Below are positions 17,638 through 26,617 of a DNA stretch of 64,000 nt, piece after piece. This stretch comes from Flavobacterium sp. (GTDB taxonomy: Bacteria > Bacteroidota > Bacteroidia > Flavobacteriales > Flavobacteriaceae). The notes beneath the pieces are model-generated. The model was given only the letters and a program-made list of their open reading frames with translations. It was not told where the DNA came from and searched no databases. Within the stretch, counting starts at the first letter, position 1. Every line of letters starts with the position of its first letter. The DNA lies in contig NZ_JBOGUT010000012.1 of NCBI RefSeq assembly GCF_050696275.1, positions 8,186 through 72,185 of the forward strand. The letters run 5' to 3'. A program made the translations under genes and the position numbers.

Positions 17638-18862
17638 AAAAATCTTATTAGGCAGTTTGATGCTGCTTTCGCTACATAGTTTTGCACAGGAAAGTACCGC
17701 TTCGCCTTATTCGTTTTACGGAATAGGAGAAGTAAAATTCAAAGGGACAGTTGAAAATAAATCTATGGGAGGATTGGGTATTTTGCCAGATAGTATTCAT
17801 GTGAATTTGCAAAACCCTGCAGCATTGTCAGCGCTAAAACTTACCTTATTTTCAGTTGCCGGAACTTATAATACAGTGTCCTTGAAGTCGGAATCCGCTT
17901 CTGAAAAGGCAAGAAGAACATCTCTTGATTATATTGTCATGGCATTTCCGGCAGGAAAATTAGGAATAAGTTTAGGAATGATGCCTTATTCTTCTGTGGG
18001 TTATAAAGTGAAGAATGAATCTGCTGTAGAAAATTCTACTCATAACGGAAAGGGAGGAGTAAACAGAGTGTTTGTCGGAGCCGGATATCAGTTAACGCCA
18101 AAATTGAGCGTAGGTCTTGATTTCGGATATAATTTCGGAAAAATAGAAACTAACTCGGCTGTATTTGCCGTTCCGGTGATTCAATATGGTTCAAGGGAAT
18201 TAAATACCGCTGAACTAAACGGAATTAATGTCAATTCAGGAGCTATATACAAAACGAAAATAAAAAAATACGATTTTATTTCAAGTGTTACTTTTTCACC
18301 ATCTACAACGTTGAAGTCTAATAATTCCAGAAATACGGCAAAAATCTCTTACAATGCTAATGGGGATGAAATTGTTTTTGATTCCCAGAATGTGACCGTT
18401 GCGGATTCGGAATTAAAAATCCCGTCAAAGTTCTCATTCGGTTCCGGTATAGGGGAGTTTAAAAAATGGTTTGTAGGTTTTGAATCCACTTTTCAAGGGA
18501 AAAGTAATTTTGGGAATGTTTATGAAAATGCCACTTTTGAAAATGCCACAAAGCTTTCATTAGGAGGTTATTATGTTCCGAATTACAGTTCGTTTTCAAA
18601 TTATTTTAATAAAATAACGTACAGAGCCGGTCTTCGTCATGAAAATACAGGTTTGATAATTAATTCGGAATCGGTAAAAGACAGAGCGATTACGTTAGGC
18701 TTGGGATTGCCAATGAACGGAACGTTTTCAAATATTAATGTTGGTTTCGAATTTGGAAAAAAAGGAACAACAAGCGCGAATCTTATTCAGGAAAATTATG
18801 TAAATATTTCTGTTGGCCTGTCGTTTAATGATAGATGGTTTGTGAAGCGCAAATACGATTAA
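17630..18862 (+). CDS. Putative outer-membrane beta-barrel protein (unknown function, upstream of lptC)
   Basis: Signal peptide LMLLSLHSFAQE. G/S/N/Y-rich alternating beta-strand pattern over 410 aa. No specific family recognised. Confidence 0.55.
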   Translation: MIKKILLGSLMLLSLHSFAQESTASPYSFYGIGEVKFKGTVENKSMGGLGILPDSIHVNLQNPAALSALKLTLFSVAGTYNTVSLKSESASEKARRTSLDYIVMAFPAGKLGISLGMMPYSSVGYKVKNESAVENSTHNGKGGVNRVFVGAGYQLTPKLSVGLDFGYNFGKIETNSAVFAVPVIQYGSRELNTAELNGINVNSGAIYKTKIKKYDFISSVTFSPSTTLKSNNSRNTAKISYNANGDEIVFDSQNVTVADSELKIPSKFSFGSGIGEFKKWFVGFESTFQGKSNFGNVYENATFENATKLSLGGYYVPNYSSFSNYFNKITYRAGLRHENTGLIINSESVKDRAITLGLGLPMNGTFSNINVGFEFGKKGTTSANLIQENYVNISVGLSFNDRWFVKRKYD

Positions 18863-18874
18863 TTCTTTTTTTTG

Positions 18875-19432
18875 ATGAAAACAAAACTTCAATTAATAAT
18901 CACATTTCAAAAAGTGCTGTTGCTTTGTGCAGCAACACTTTTTTTTGTTTCTTGTGAAGATAATATTAATGAGGTTAGAAAAATTAACAGCAAAGAGCTT
19001 AACCCTGTTGGAGAAGCAACGGATTTTGATCTGAAATACACAGAGTCAGGGAAAATAAAAGCGATTTTGGTTTCGCCGCAAATGCTCGATTTTTCTCATT
19101 TGGAATTTCCGTTTACCGAATTTCCAAAAGGAGTAAAAGTTACGATTTATGATGATCAGGAAAATAAAAGTTTAGTAACATCAAATTATGCTATTTCATA
19201 TTCAGGATCAAATATTATTGATTTAAGCGGAAAAGTGAAAATTACAACCTATGATGGTAAAACCCTTGAAACGGAGCAATTGTATTACGATCAGAAAAAC
19301 GAGTGGTTTTTTACGCAAAAAGCCTATAAGTTTACAGATAATGGAAACGTTATAGAAGGTTTAGGGATTGATTTCAGTAAAGATTTCAAAACATTGGACA
19401 CACAACAAATCACTGGGGTTTACAGCCTTTAA
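18875..19432 (+). CDS. lptC: LPS export periplasmic protein LptC-like
   Basis: N-terminal anchor/lipobox (LFFVSC), ~185 aa, OstA-like beta pattern (...LSGKVKITTYDGKTLETEQLYYDQKNEWFFT...) typical of Bacteroidota LptC. ATG 18875 is preferred over the TTG at 18872. Confidence 0.65.
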   Translation: MKTKLQLIITFQKVLLLCAATLFFVSCEDNINEVRKINSKELNPVGEATDFDLKYTESGKIKAILVSPQMLDFSHLEFPFTEFPKGVKVTIYDDQENKSLVTSNYAISYSGSNIIDLSGKVKITTYDGKTLETEQLYYDQKNEWFFTQKAYKFTDNGNVIEGLGIDFSKDFKTLDTQQITGVYSL

Positions 19433-19444
19433 AATAAAAACAAA

Positions 19445-19639
19445 ATGAATTATTTAAAACACACACAATATATTTATCTGTTGGCAGGATTATTTTTTGT
19501 CTATGATGGATTTTCAAAACTGAATTCAGGAACTGATGCTCCTTATTTGAGTTTTTGTATTGCAGGCGCTGCGATTGTCATGTTTTTCTTTCGTAGAAAA
19601 TTTGCAAAAAAATTTGACAATTACGACAAGAAACAATAA
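19445..19639 (+). CDS. Small two-TM membrane protein, hypothetical
   Basis: 64-aa ORF with two hydrophobic segments and a basic tail. Packed tightly between lptC and the ppiD-like gene. No family recognised. Confidence 0.4.
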   Translation: MNYLKHTQYIYLLAGLFFVYDGFSKLNSGTDAPYLSFCIAGAAIVMFFFRRKFAKKFDNYDKKQ

Positions 19640-19738
19640 AAAAATAAACTTTCTATTAAAATAAAAGCGAACATCATTTTATTATTTCACAGATAATTGT
19701 ATTTTCGCCCACTGAATAAAAAAAATAATATTTAAAAA

Positions 19739-21832
19739 ATGGCAGTTTTATCAAAAATTAGACAACGCTCTTTTCTAGTTATCGCAATAGTAGGATTAGC
19801 ATTATTTGCATTTATAATTGGAGCATTGATTGAAAACGGTGGTTTTGGCCAAACGTCAAGAAATGCCGGAACTATTAACGGAGTAGATGTTCCTTTTGAA
19901 GACTTTAGAGTTAAAGTTGACGAAGCGCAGAAAAGCCAGCAAGGTATGTCTGTGATGCAAGCGACTAACGGAGTTTGGGAGCAGGAAATTAAAAGAGTTT
20001 TGCTTGAAGGACAATATGAAAAATTAGGATTAAGAATTGGTAATGACCAATTGATTAATGTAATTAAAGAAGATCCGCAATTTGCTCAAAACCCGCAATT
20101 TCAAAATGCTGCCGGTAAATTTGATAAAGGTAAATTCAACGAATTTATTGCTTCAATAAAAAATACATCTCCTGAAAGATGGCAACAATGGTTGTCTTAC
20201 GAAAAACAATTGTCTTCTTTTGCTACTGAGCAAATGTATAATACGATGATTAAATCAGGATTTTATGCTACTCAGGCTGATGGTAAATTTAACTATGAGT
20301 TAGAAAACAATAAAATTACTTTTGACGTGGTTTCAGTTCCATATTCAACTATTGATGATAAAAAAGTTGAACTTACAGATGCTGAAGTTTTAGCCTACAT
20401 GGAAAAGGACAAAAAGAAATTCAAAGCTGACGAAACTCGTGAGATTGAATTCGTAGTGATTGAAGACAAGCCTTCTGCTCAAGACGAAAAAGAAGTTAAA
20501 GATAGAGTAATTGGGTTGTTAAATCCAGTTGCTGACGATCCTAAAACGCCAGAAGTAAACGAAAGTAAAATTGGTTTTACCAATGCGCCAAATGTTATTG
20601 ATTTTGTAAATGCAAATTCAGATATCAAATACGATTCAACTTATATTGCTAAAAAAGATTTACCGTTAGAACATGCTGAAGCGTTGTTTAACGTTGCGCT
20701 AGGTCAGGTTTACGGTCCTTATATGTTTGGAGATTACTATTGTGTGTCTAAATCATTAGGCAAAAAATCAGGTATCAATGCAAAAGCAAGCCATATCTTG
20801 ATTTCATACAAAGGTGCTGCAAGATCTCAGGCTACAAGAACTAAAGAAGAAGCTCAGGCAAAAGCAAATCAGCTTTTAGCACAGGTAACAGCAAATCCAT
20901 CTTCATTCCCAATGGTTGCTTTTACAAATTCAGATGATTCTTCAAAACAACAAGGCGGAGATTTAGGATATTTTTCTAAAGGACAAATGACTAAAAATTT
21001 CGAAAACTTCGTTTTTGGAAACCCAGTTGGAAAAATCGGTCTGGTTGAAACAGAATTTGGTTACCACATAATTACTGTAACAGACAAACAAGACGGAATC
21101 CGTTTGGCTACTATTGCTCAGAAAATTGCTCCATCAGAAGCTACAAGCGATGCGGCTTTTGCACAAGCGACTAAATTTGAAATGGCAGCTAATGATAAAG
21201 CTTTTGATGTTGCTGCTAAAGAATTGAAATTAACTATTGCTCCGGTTGCTAAATTAGGAGCTCTGGACGAAAATATCCAAGGAATTGGAAATCAAAGAGA
21301 AATTGTTCGTTGGGCTTTTGGAGCTAAAGAAGGTAATGTTAAGCGTTTCAATATTCCTACAGGACATGTTGTAGCTCGTTTGAAAAAAATAAACGAAGCA
21401 GGTTTGTTGCCAATTGAAGATGCGAAATTAGCAATTGGTGCTAAATTGAGAAATGAGAAAAAAGCAGAATTAATAAAGGCCAAAATGGCTGGTGCAACTC
21501 TTGAAGCTGTTTCAAAAACAACAGGTTCTCCTATAAAAGAGGCTAAAGATATTGTTGCTACTAATCCTTATATTCAGACTATCGGTGCAGAATCGAAAGT
21601 TGTAGGAACTGCTTTTTCAATGAAACCAGGTGTAGTTTCTCAAGCTATTGATGGAAATTCAGGAGTATTCAAAATCAGAGTAAAATCATCTGTTAAAGCT
21701 CCGGCAGCTACAGATTATAAAGATCTTATTGCAAGATTGAATGGACAAGCTAAAGGTTCAGTTTCAGGAAGAATATACAATGTATTGAAAGATGATGCTG
21801 ATATCAAAGATAACAGAGCTCAGTTTAATTAA
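19739..21832 (+). CDS. PpiD/SurA-like periplasmic chaperone with parvulin PPIase domain
   Basis: N-terminal TM anchor (FLVIAIVGLALFAFIIGALI). Long chaperone region. Parvulin motifs ASHILISYKGA, GGDLGYFSKGQM and FGYHIITV. Confidence 0.85.
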   Translation: MAVLSKIRQRSFLVIAIVGLALFAFIIGALIENGGFGQTSRNAGTINGVDVPFEDFRVKVDEAQKSQQGMSVMQATNGVWEQEIKRVLLEGQYEKLGLRIGNDQLINVIKEDPQFAQNPQFQNAAGKFDKGKFNEFIASIKNTSPERWQQWLSYEKQLSSFATEQMYNTMIKSGFYATQADGKFNYELENNKITFDVVSVPYSTIDDKKVELTDAEVLAYMEKDKKKFKADETREIEFVVIEDKPSAQDEKEVKDRVIGLLNPVADDPKTPEVNESKIGFTNAPNVIDFVNANSDIKYDSTYIAKKDLPLEHAEALFNVALGQVYGPYMFGDYYCVSKSLGKKSGINAKASHILISYKGAARSQATRTKEEAQAKANQLLAQVTANPSSFPMVAFTNSDDSSKQQGGDLGYFSKGQMTKNFENFVFGNPVGKIGLVETEFGYHIITVTDKQDGIRLATIAQKIAPSEATSDAAFAQATKFEMAANDKAFDVAAKELKLTIAPVAKLGALDENIQGIGNQREIVRWAFGAKEGNVKRFNIPTGHVVARLKKINEAGLLPIEDAKLAIGAKLRNEKKAELIKAKMAGATLEAVSKTTGSPIKEAKDIVATNPYIQTIGAESKVVGTAFSMKPGVVSQAIDGNSGVFKIRVKSSVKAPAATDYKDLIARLNGQAKGSVSGRIYNVLKDDADIKDNRAQFN

Positions 21833-21840
21833 TCAGACAA

Positions 21841-21890
21841 ACACAAGCATAAAAAAACCGCCTCATGAGGCGGTTTTTTTATGCTTGTGT
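21841..21890. terminator. Bidirectional rho-independent terminator embedded in a perfect 50-bp palindrome
   Basis: ACACAAGCATAAAAAAACCGCCTCA|TGAGGCGGTTTTTTTATGCTTGTGT. GC core stem flanked by A7/T7. Lies between the convergent ppiD-like (+) and GYDIA kinase (-) genes. Confidence 0.8.
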
Positions 21891-21893
21891 TTT

Positions 21894-22808
21894 TTATAGA
21901 ATCATTTCTCTGTAGGGAATCACAATCTCATAGCCGCGTTCTTTAAAATAAGATGTCGGATCTTGTTTTGAAATAACCAAAACAAAGTCGCCGCCCCAAG
22001 CCCCAAGGCTTTTGATTATCCCGTCAAAATCAGGAAATAAAGCTTCTTTGACCGTTTGCATTTCCAGAAGGTTGCTTAATTCGATTTCGTGCTTTTGAAG
22101 TTCCAGAGCAAATTCTTTTGGCTCAGTAGCTTCGATTACCGCTTCTGTAATTTGATTTATTTTCTGGATTATTTCAGATACATTTCCCTGTTTGTTGTAA
22201 TAATTAGCAATCGCGGTTTTACTGCTTTGCTTTTTGTTCAGGTAAACGAAATGGATTTTATCTGAAAATGAAGGGTTGAAAACAACTGGTTTGACGATAG
22301 GTTTTTCATTTACCAGCTGGTATAAAACAGGAAAATCATTTTGCGCACAGGCAATGTCATAGCCGCTGCCTCCAAAACTGTTTTTAAGCAGTGTAAAAGC
22401 ATCAATGTCTAACCACTGGGCAATATTGTTAATTAAGGTTGAAGAGGTGCCTAAGCCCCAAAATTTAGGAAAGGTTAATGCTGTCTGGATTATATAACCG
22501 TCGGATTTTTGTATAAAATTGGGAGCTATCAGATAAGCTTCATGCAGAATCTCAATTAAAGTATTTTTAATATCATCTGTGGCATCTGATTTTTCTTTTT
22601 TCACAATAGAGGAGAAAAGAATATCGGATTCGAACCAAACGCTTCCGTCAGCATCATAGCTTTTCCATCGAATGGTTTGTTCCGGACCTTCTTCTACAGT
22701 GAGATTCTGCCCGTATTTTGTTGGCAGAGCCAATGCTTTTGCACCGTCCAGAACAAGGTATTCGCCTGTAATGAGTAATTTTCCGTTGCTGTAAAATGTT
22801 TTTTTCAT
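21894..22808 (-). CDS. GYDIA-family GHMP kinase (probable phosphomevalonate kinase)
   Basis: Contains the literal GSGYDIACAQ motif and the GHMP motif FWGLGTSSTL. Lies downstream of HMG-CoA reductase on the same strand. Confidence 0.8.
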   Translation of the reverse strand: MKKTFYSNGKLLITGEYLVLDGAKALALPTKYGQNLTVEEGPEQTIRWKSYDADGSVWFESDILFSSIVKKEKSDATDDIKNTLIEILHEAYLIAPNFIQKSDGYIIQTALTFPKFWGLGTSSTLINNIAQWLDIDAFTLLKNSFGGSGYDIACAQNDFPVLYQLVNEKPIVKPVVFNPSFSDKIHFVYLNKKQSSKTAIANYYNKQGNVSEIIQKINQITEAVIEATEPKEFALELQKHEIELSNLLEMQTVKEALFPDFDGIIKSLGAWGGDFVLVISKQDPTSYFKERGYEIVIPYREMIL

Positions 22809-22840
22809 AGTTTATGCTGAAGTGGTTTCAACATCATTTC

Positions 22841-22925
22841 TCTAGCCCCGATAGCAGTGGAAATCCTGTTTTGAGAGAGGCGCTAGCCATCGAGCAAAAC
22901 AGATTGCAACGGATAGCGGGAAATG
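22841..22925 (-). other. GC-rich structured intergenic element inside the HMGR-kinase transcription unit
   Basis: 8-bp inverted repeat CTGTTTTG (22866-22873) / CAAAACAG (22895-22902) around a 21-nt GC-rich loop. It is flanked by imperfect direct repeats GATAGCAGTGGAAAT (22850-22864) and GATAGCGGGAAAT (22912-22924). Much more GC-rich than the surrounding spacers. Confidence 0.4.
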
Positions 22926-22930
22926 GCTTC

Positions 22931-24247
22931 TTATTTTCTTAAATTTTCAATAAAATCTACCACTGCCGAATGTGAAGCAGTGTGTTTTTCAAAATGTTTG
23001 ACAACTTGCTTGCGTTCTTCTTCGGTAGCTTGAAACTGATTCAATATATTCATTAAATGCATTTTCATGTGTCCTTGCTGAATTCCGGTTGTCGTTAGTG
23101 AACGCAAAGCGGCAAAATTTTGTGCCAAACCGGCTACGGCGACAATCTGCATTAGTTCATGAGAGGAAGGTTTTTCCAGCATTTCCAGTGCCATTTTAAC
23201 CAACGGATGCAGCGAAGTCAATCCGCCAACAGTTCCTAAAGCCAATGGAATTTCCATCCAAAATGTAAAAATACCGTCTTCGACTTTTGCGTGTGAAAGA
23301 CTGGAATATTGGCCGTTTCGGGAGGCATAAGCATGTACGCCGGCTTCAACAGCTCTGAAATCATTTCCAGTAGCTAAGACCACGGCGTCAATCCCGTTCA
23401 TGATTCCTTTGTTGTGTGTAACGGCACGGTACGGTTCGATTTCGGCGATTTTTACAGCGCGGACAAATTTTTCAGCAAATTCTTCCTGCGAAATATGTTT
23501 TTCTTCTTTCAAATCTTCAACAGGACAGGAAACTTCAACACGGACAATGCAGTTGGGAACATAATTGGATAAAATGCTCATAATCACCTGAAGGTTTTTT
23601 TCTGACTCAGAAAAAGATTCGAATCGTTGTGCTTCTTCCTTTAGTGTTTTGGCAAATTGTTCCAAACAAGAATTGATAAAATTAGCACCCATGGAATCCT
23701 TGGTTTCAAAAGTGGCATGGAGCTGGTAATAATTTTCTAATTCTGAAGTTTTATCACGCAATTCGATGTCTAAAATACCACCGCCTCGTTTTTGCATGTT
23801 TTTAGTAATGCTTTCGGTTTCGGTAAATAGTTTTGATTTGACCTGACTGAAAAAAGCAATTAGTTTTTGTTTATCACCTTTGAAGATAAAATGCACCTGA
23901 CCAATTTTTTCGGAATTTAAAACAGTGGCTTTAAATCCGCCTCTTGAAGCCCAGAATTTAGCAGCCTTACTTGCTGCAGCTACAACTGAACTTTCCTCGA
24001 TTGCCATTGGGATGGTGTAGTTTTTTCCATTAATGACAAAATTTGGAGCAACACCTAGGGGTAAATAAAAATTGGTAATGGTATTTTCGATGAATTCGTC
24101 GTGCAATTTTTGTAAATCTGCATCAGAATTCCAGTATTTTTTGATGGTCTTTGAGGCTTCTTCAGCATTAGTAAAATGAGTTGAAGCAATCCAATCGATT
24201 TTTTCTTCTTTAGATAATTTTGAAAATCCTGCAATAGCTTTTGTCAT
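22931..24247 (-). CDS. mvaA: Hydroxymethylglutaryl-CoA reductase, class II
   Basis: 438 aa. Class II motifs EESSVVAAAS, DSMGANFIN and ALGTVGGLTSLHP. Confidence 0.9.
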   Translation of the reverse strand: MTKAIAGFSKLSKEEKIDWIASTHFTNAEEASKTIKKYWNSDADLQKLHDEFIENTITNFYLPLGVAPNFVINGKNYTIPMAIEESSVVAAASKAAKFWASRGGFKATVLNSEKIGQVHFIFKGDKQKLIAFFSQVKSKLFTETESITKNMQKRGGGILDIELRDKTSELENYYQLHATFETKDSMGANFINSCLEQFAKTLKEEAQRFESFSESEKNLQVIMSILSNYVPNCIVRVEVSCPVEDLKEEKHISQEEFAEKFVRAVKIAEIEPYRAVTHNKGIMNGIDAVVLATGNDFRAVEAGVHAYASRNGQYSSLSHAKVEDGIFTFWMEIPLALGTVGGLTSLHPLVKMALEMLEKPSSHELMQIVAVAGLAQNFAALRSLTTTGIQQGHMKMHLMNILNQFQATEEERKQVVKHFEKHTASHSAVVDFIENLRK

Positions 24248-24270
24248 ATTGACTTGTATTAATTGAAATG

Positions 24271-24278
24271 CAAATATA
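24271..24278 (-). promoter_or_regulatory. Bacteroidota -7 promoter box for HMG-CoA reductase
   Basis: The minus strand reads TATATTTG (TAnnTTTG), 23 nt upstream of ATG 24247. Confidence 0.5.
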
Positions 24279-24417
24279 AGATTAGAAGTTCGATTTTTGG
24301 TTTGAAATTAACGCGGAAAATTGATTTTTAAAGGGCTCCGTTTTGTATTTAACAAAATTTAATGAGGTTATGTGCTATTTTTTCACTAAAATTGGACGTT
24401 TTTTATCATAACATCAC

Positions 24418-26592
24418 ATGAAAATAGTACAAAAATTACTTTTATTTATCTTATTTGCTTCATTTTCAGCAGTAGGACAACAAAAAATTACGCTTGAAGA
24501 GATATGGGGCGGCGCTTTCAGAACGCAGGGAATGACTGAGTTGGAAGCTATGAAAGGCACAAACCAATACACTGTGCTAAATGCTGACAGAAGTTCAAAT
24601 TCTTCCCAAATCGATTTGTATGATTTTGCTACTTTAGAGAAAGTTTCGACTTTAATCGATTCTAAAAATTTCACTGAATTAGATGGAATTGACAGTTATG
24701 CTTTCAGTAAAGATGAAAAGAAAATCCTTATTGCCAATAATTCGGACCAAATCTTCCGTCATTCGTTTGTAGCGGACTATTTTATTTATGATACTGCAAC
24801 AAAAACATTGGTTAAGCTGGCAGATCACAAAATTCAGGAGCCTACTTTTTCTCCTGACGGAACTAAAATCGGATATGTATTCGAGAACAATTTATATGTA
24901 TACGATTTAGCCACTAAAAAACACACTCAAATTACTGCTGACGGAAAGAAAAATTCAGTTATAAATGGTGTTACGGATTGGGTATATGAAGAAGAGTTTT
25001 CATTTGTCCGCGCTTTTGACTGGAATGCTGGAAATGATAAAATAGCGTTTATTCGTTTTGATGAAACTGATGTTCCGGAATTTTCAATGGATTTTTATAA
25101 CAGAGGTTTGTATCCAACTCAGAATGTATTCAAATATCCTAAAGCAGGAGAGAAAAACGCCATTGTTTCATTACATATATACGATGTGAAATCAGGAGCC
25201 ACAAAAAAAATCAATTTAGGAAACTATAATGATTTTTATATTGCAAGGATGGAATGGACGAATGAAGCCAATACTTTAAGTGCTCAGGTTTTGAATCGCC
25301 ATCAGGATAACTTGGATTTATTGTTTATTGATGGAAATTCAGGCACGGCCAAAGTTGTCCTGAATGAAAAAGATAAAGCATATGTTGATGTTACCGATAA
25401 TCTGACATTCTTAAAAGACAACAGTTTCATCTGGACTTCAGAAAAAGACGGTTTCAACCATATTTATCACTATGATAAAAGCGGAAAGTTGAAAAACCAA
25501 ATTACCAAAGGAAACTGGGAAGTAACAAACTACTATGGTTTCGACGAAAAAACAGGGACAATTTACTATCAATCGGTAGAAAACGGTTCTATTAACAGAG
25601 ATGTTTACAGTATTAAACTGAACGGAAGTGCCAAGACACGTTTAACTACGGCGACTGGAACGAATGCAGCTACTTTTAGCCCTAATTTTCAATATTTCAT
25701 CAATTCGTTTTCAAGTGCCAAGAATGCGCCGAGATTTACTTTAAACGAATCGGCTACTGGGAAATTAATTAAAACTATTGTTTCTAACGATGCTTTGGAA
25801 ACAAAATTAGCTAAATACTACGATTTGCCTTCAAAAGAATTTTTCGAATTGACTACCGAAAAAGGAAATAAATTAAATGCCTGGATGATTAAGCCGAAAG
25901 ATTTTGATGCTGCCAAAAAATATCCGGTGTTTATGTATCAATATTCAGGACCAGGTTCACAACAGGTTAACAATGACTGGAACAATTCGGATGATTACTG
26001 GTTTATGATGCTGGCACAGCAAGGTTATATTGTGGCTTGTGTAGATGGTCGCGGAACTGGTTTTAAAGGAGCTGAATTTAAAAAATGCACACAAAAAGAG
26101 TTAGGTAAATTTGAAGTGGAAGACCAGATTGATGCTGCTAAAGTTTTTGGTAACTATGCTTTTATAGACAAATCAAGAATTGGAATTTTTGGTTGGTCAT
26201 ATGGAGGTTTTATGGCTTCAAATTGTATTTTCCAGGGAGCTGATGTTTTTAAAACTGCCATTGCGGTTGCTCCTGTAACAAGCTGGAGGTACTATGACAG
26301 TATTTATACCGAAAGATATATGCAAACACCTCAGGAAAACGCTAGTGGTTATGATAACAACTCGCCAATTAATCATGTGAGCAAACTAAAAGGGAATTTC
26401 CTTTTAATCCACGGAAGCGGTGATGACAATGTGCATGTGCAAAATACGATGAAAATGGTAGAAGCTTTAGTGCAAGCTAATAAGCAATTCGATATGGCCA
26501 TCTATCCGGATAAAAACCATGGGATTTTTGGCGGGAAAACCCGTTTGCAATTGTATACGAAAATGACAAACTTTATTAAAGAGAAATTATAA
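24418..26592 (+). CDS. Dipeptidyl-peptidase IV (S9B serine peptidase)
   Basis: Signal peptide, DPP-IV-type N-terminal propeller region, and catalytic triad motifs GWSYGGF (Ser), GSGDDNVH (Asp) and DKNHGI (His). Confidence 0.9.
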   Translation: MKIVQKLLLFILFASFSAVGQQKITLEEIWGGAFRTQGMTELEAMKGTNQYTVLNADRSSNSSQIDLYDFATLEKVSTLIDSKNFTELDGIDSYAFSKDEKKILIANNSDQIFRHSFVADYFIYDTATKTLVKLADHKIQEPTFSPDGTKIGYVFENNLYVYDLATKKHTQITADGKKNSVINGVTDWVYEEEFSFVRAFDWNAGNDKIAFIRFDETDVPEFSMDFYNRGLYPTQNVFKYPKAGEKNAIVSLHIYDVKSGATKKINLGNYNDFYIARMEWTNEANTLSAQVLNRHQDNLDLLFIDGNSGTAKVVLNEKDKAYVDVTDNLTFLKDNSFIWTSEKDGFNHIYHYDKSGKLKNQITKGNWEVTNYYGFDEKTGTIYYQSVENGSINRDVYSIKLNGSAKTRLTTATGTNAATFSPNFQYFINSFSSAKNAPRFTLNESATGKLIKTIVSNDALETKLAKYYDLPSKEFFELTTEKGNKLNAWMIKPKDFDAAKKYPVFMYQYSGPGSQQVNNDWNNSDDYWFMMLAQQGYIVACVDGRGTGFKGAEFKKCTQKELGKFEVEDQIDAAKVFGNYAFIDKSRIGIFGWSYGGFMASNCIFQGADVFKTAIAVAPVTSWRYYDSIYTERYMQTPQENASGYDNNSPINHVSKLKGNFLLIHGSGDDNVHVQNTMKMVEALVQANKQFDMAIYPDKNHGIFGGKTRLQLYTKMTNFIKEKL

Positions 26593-26617
26593 TTAACCAA
26601 AAACAAAAATAATTAAT

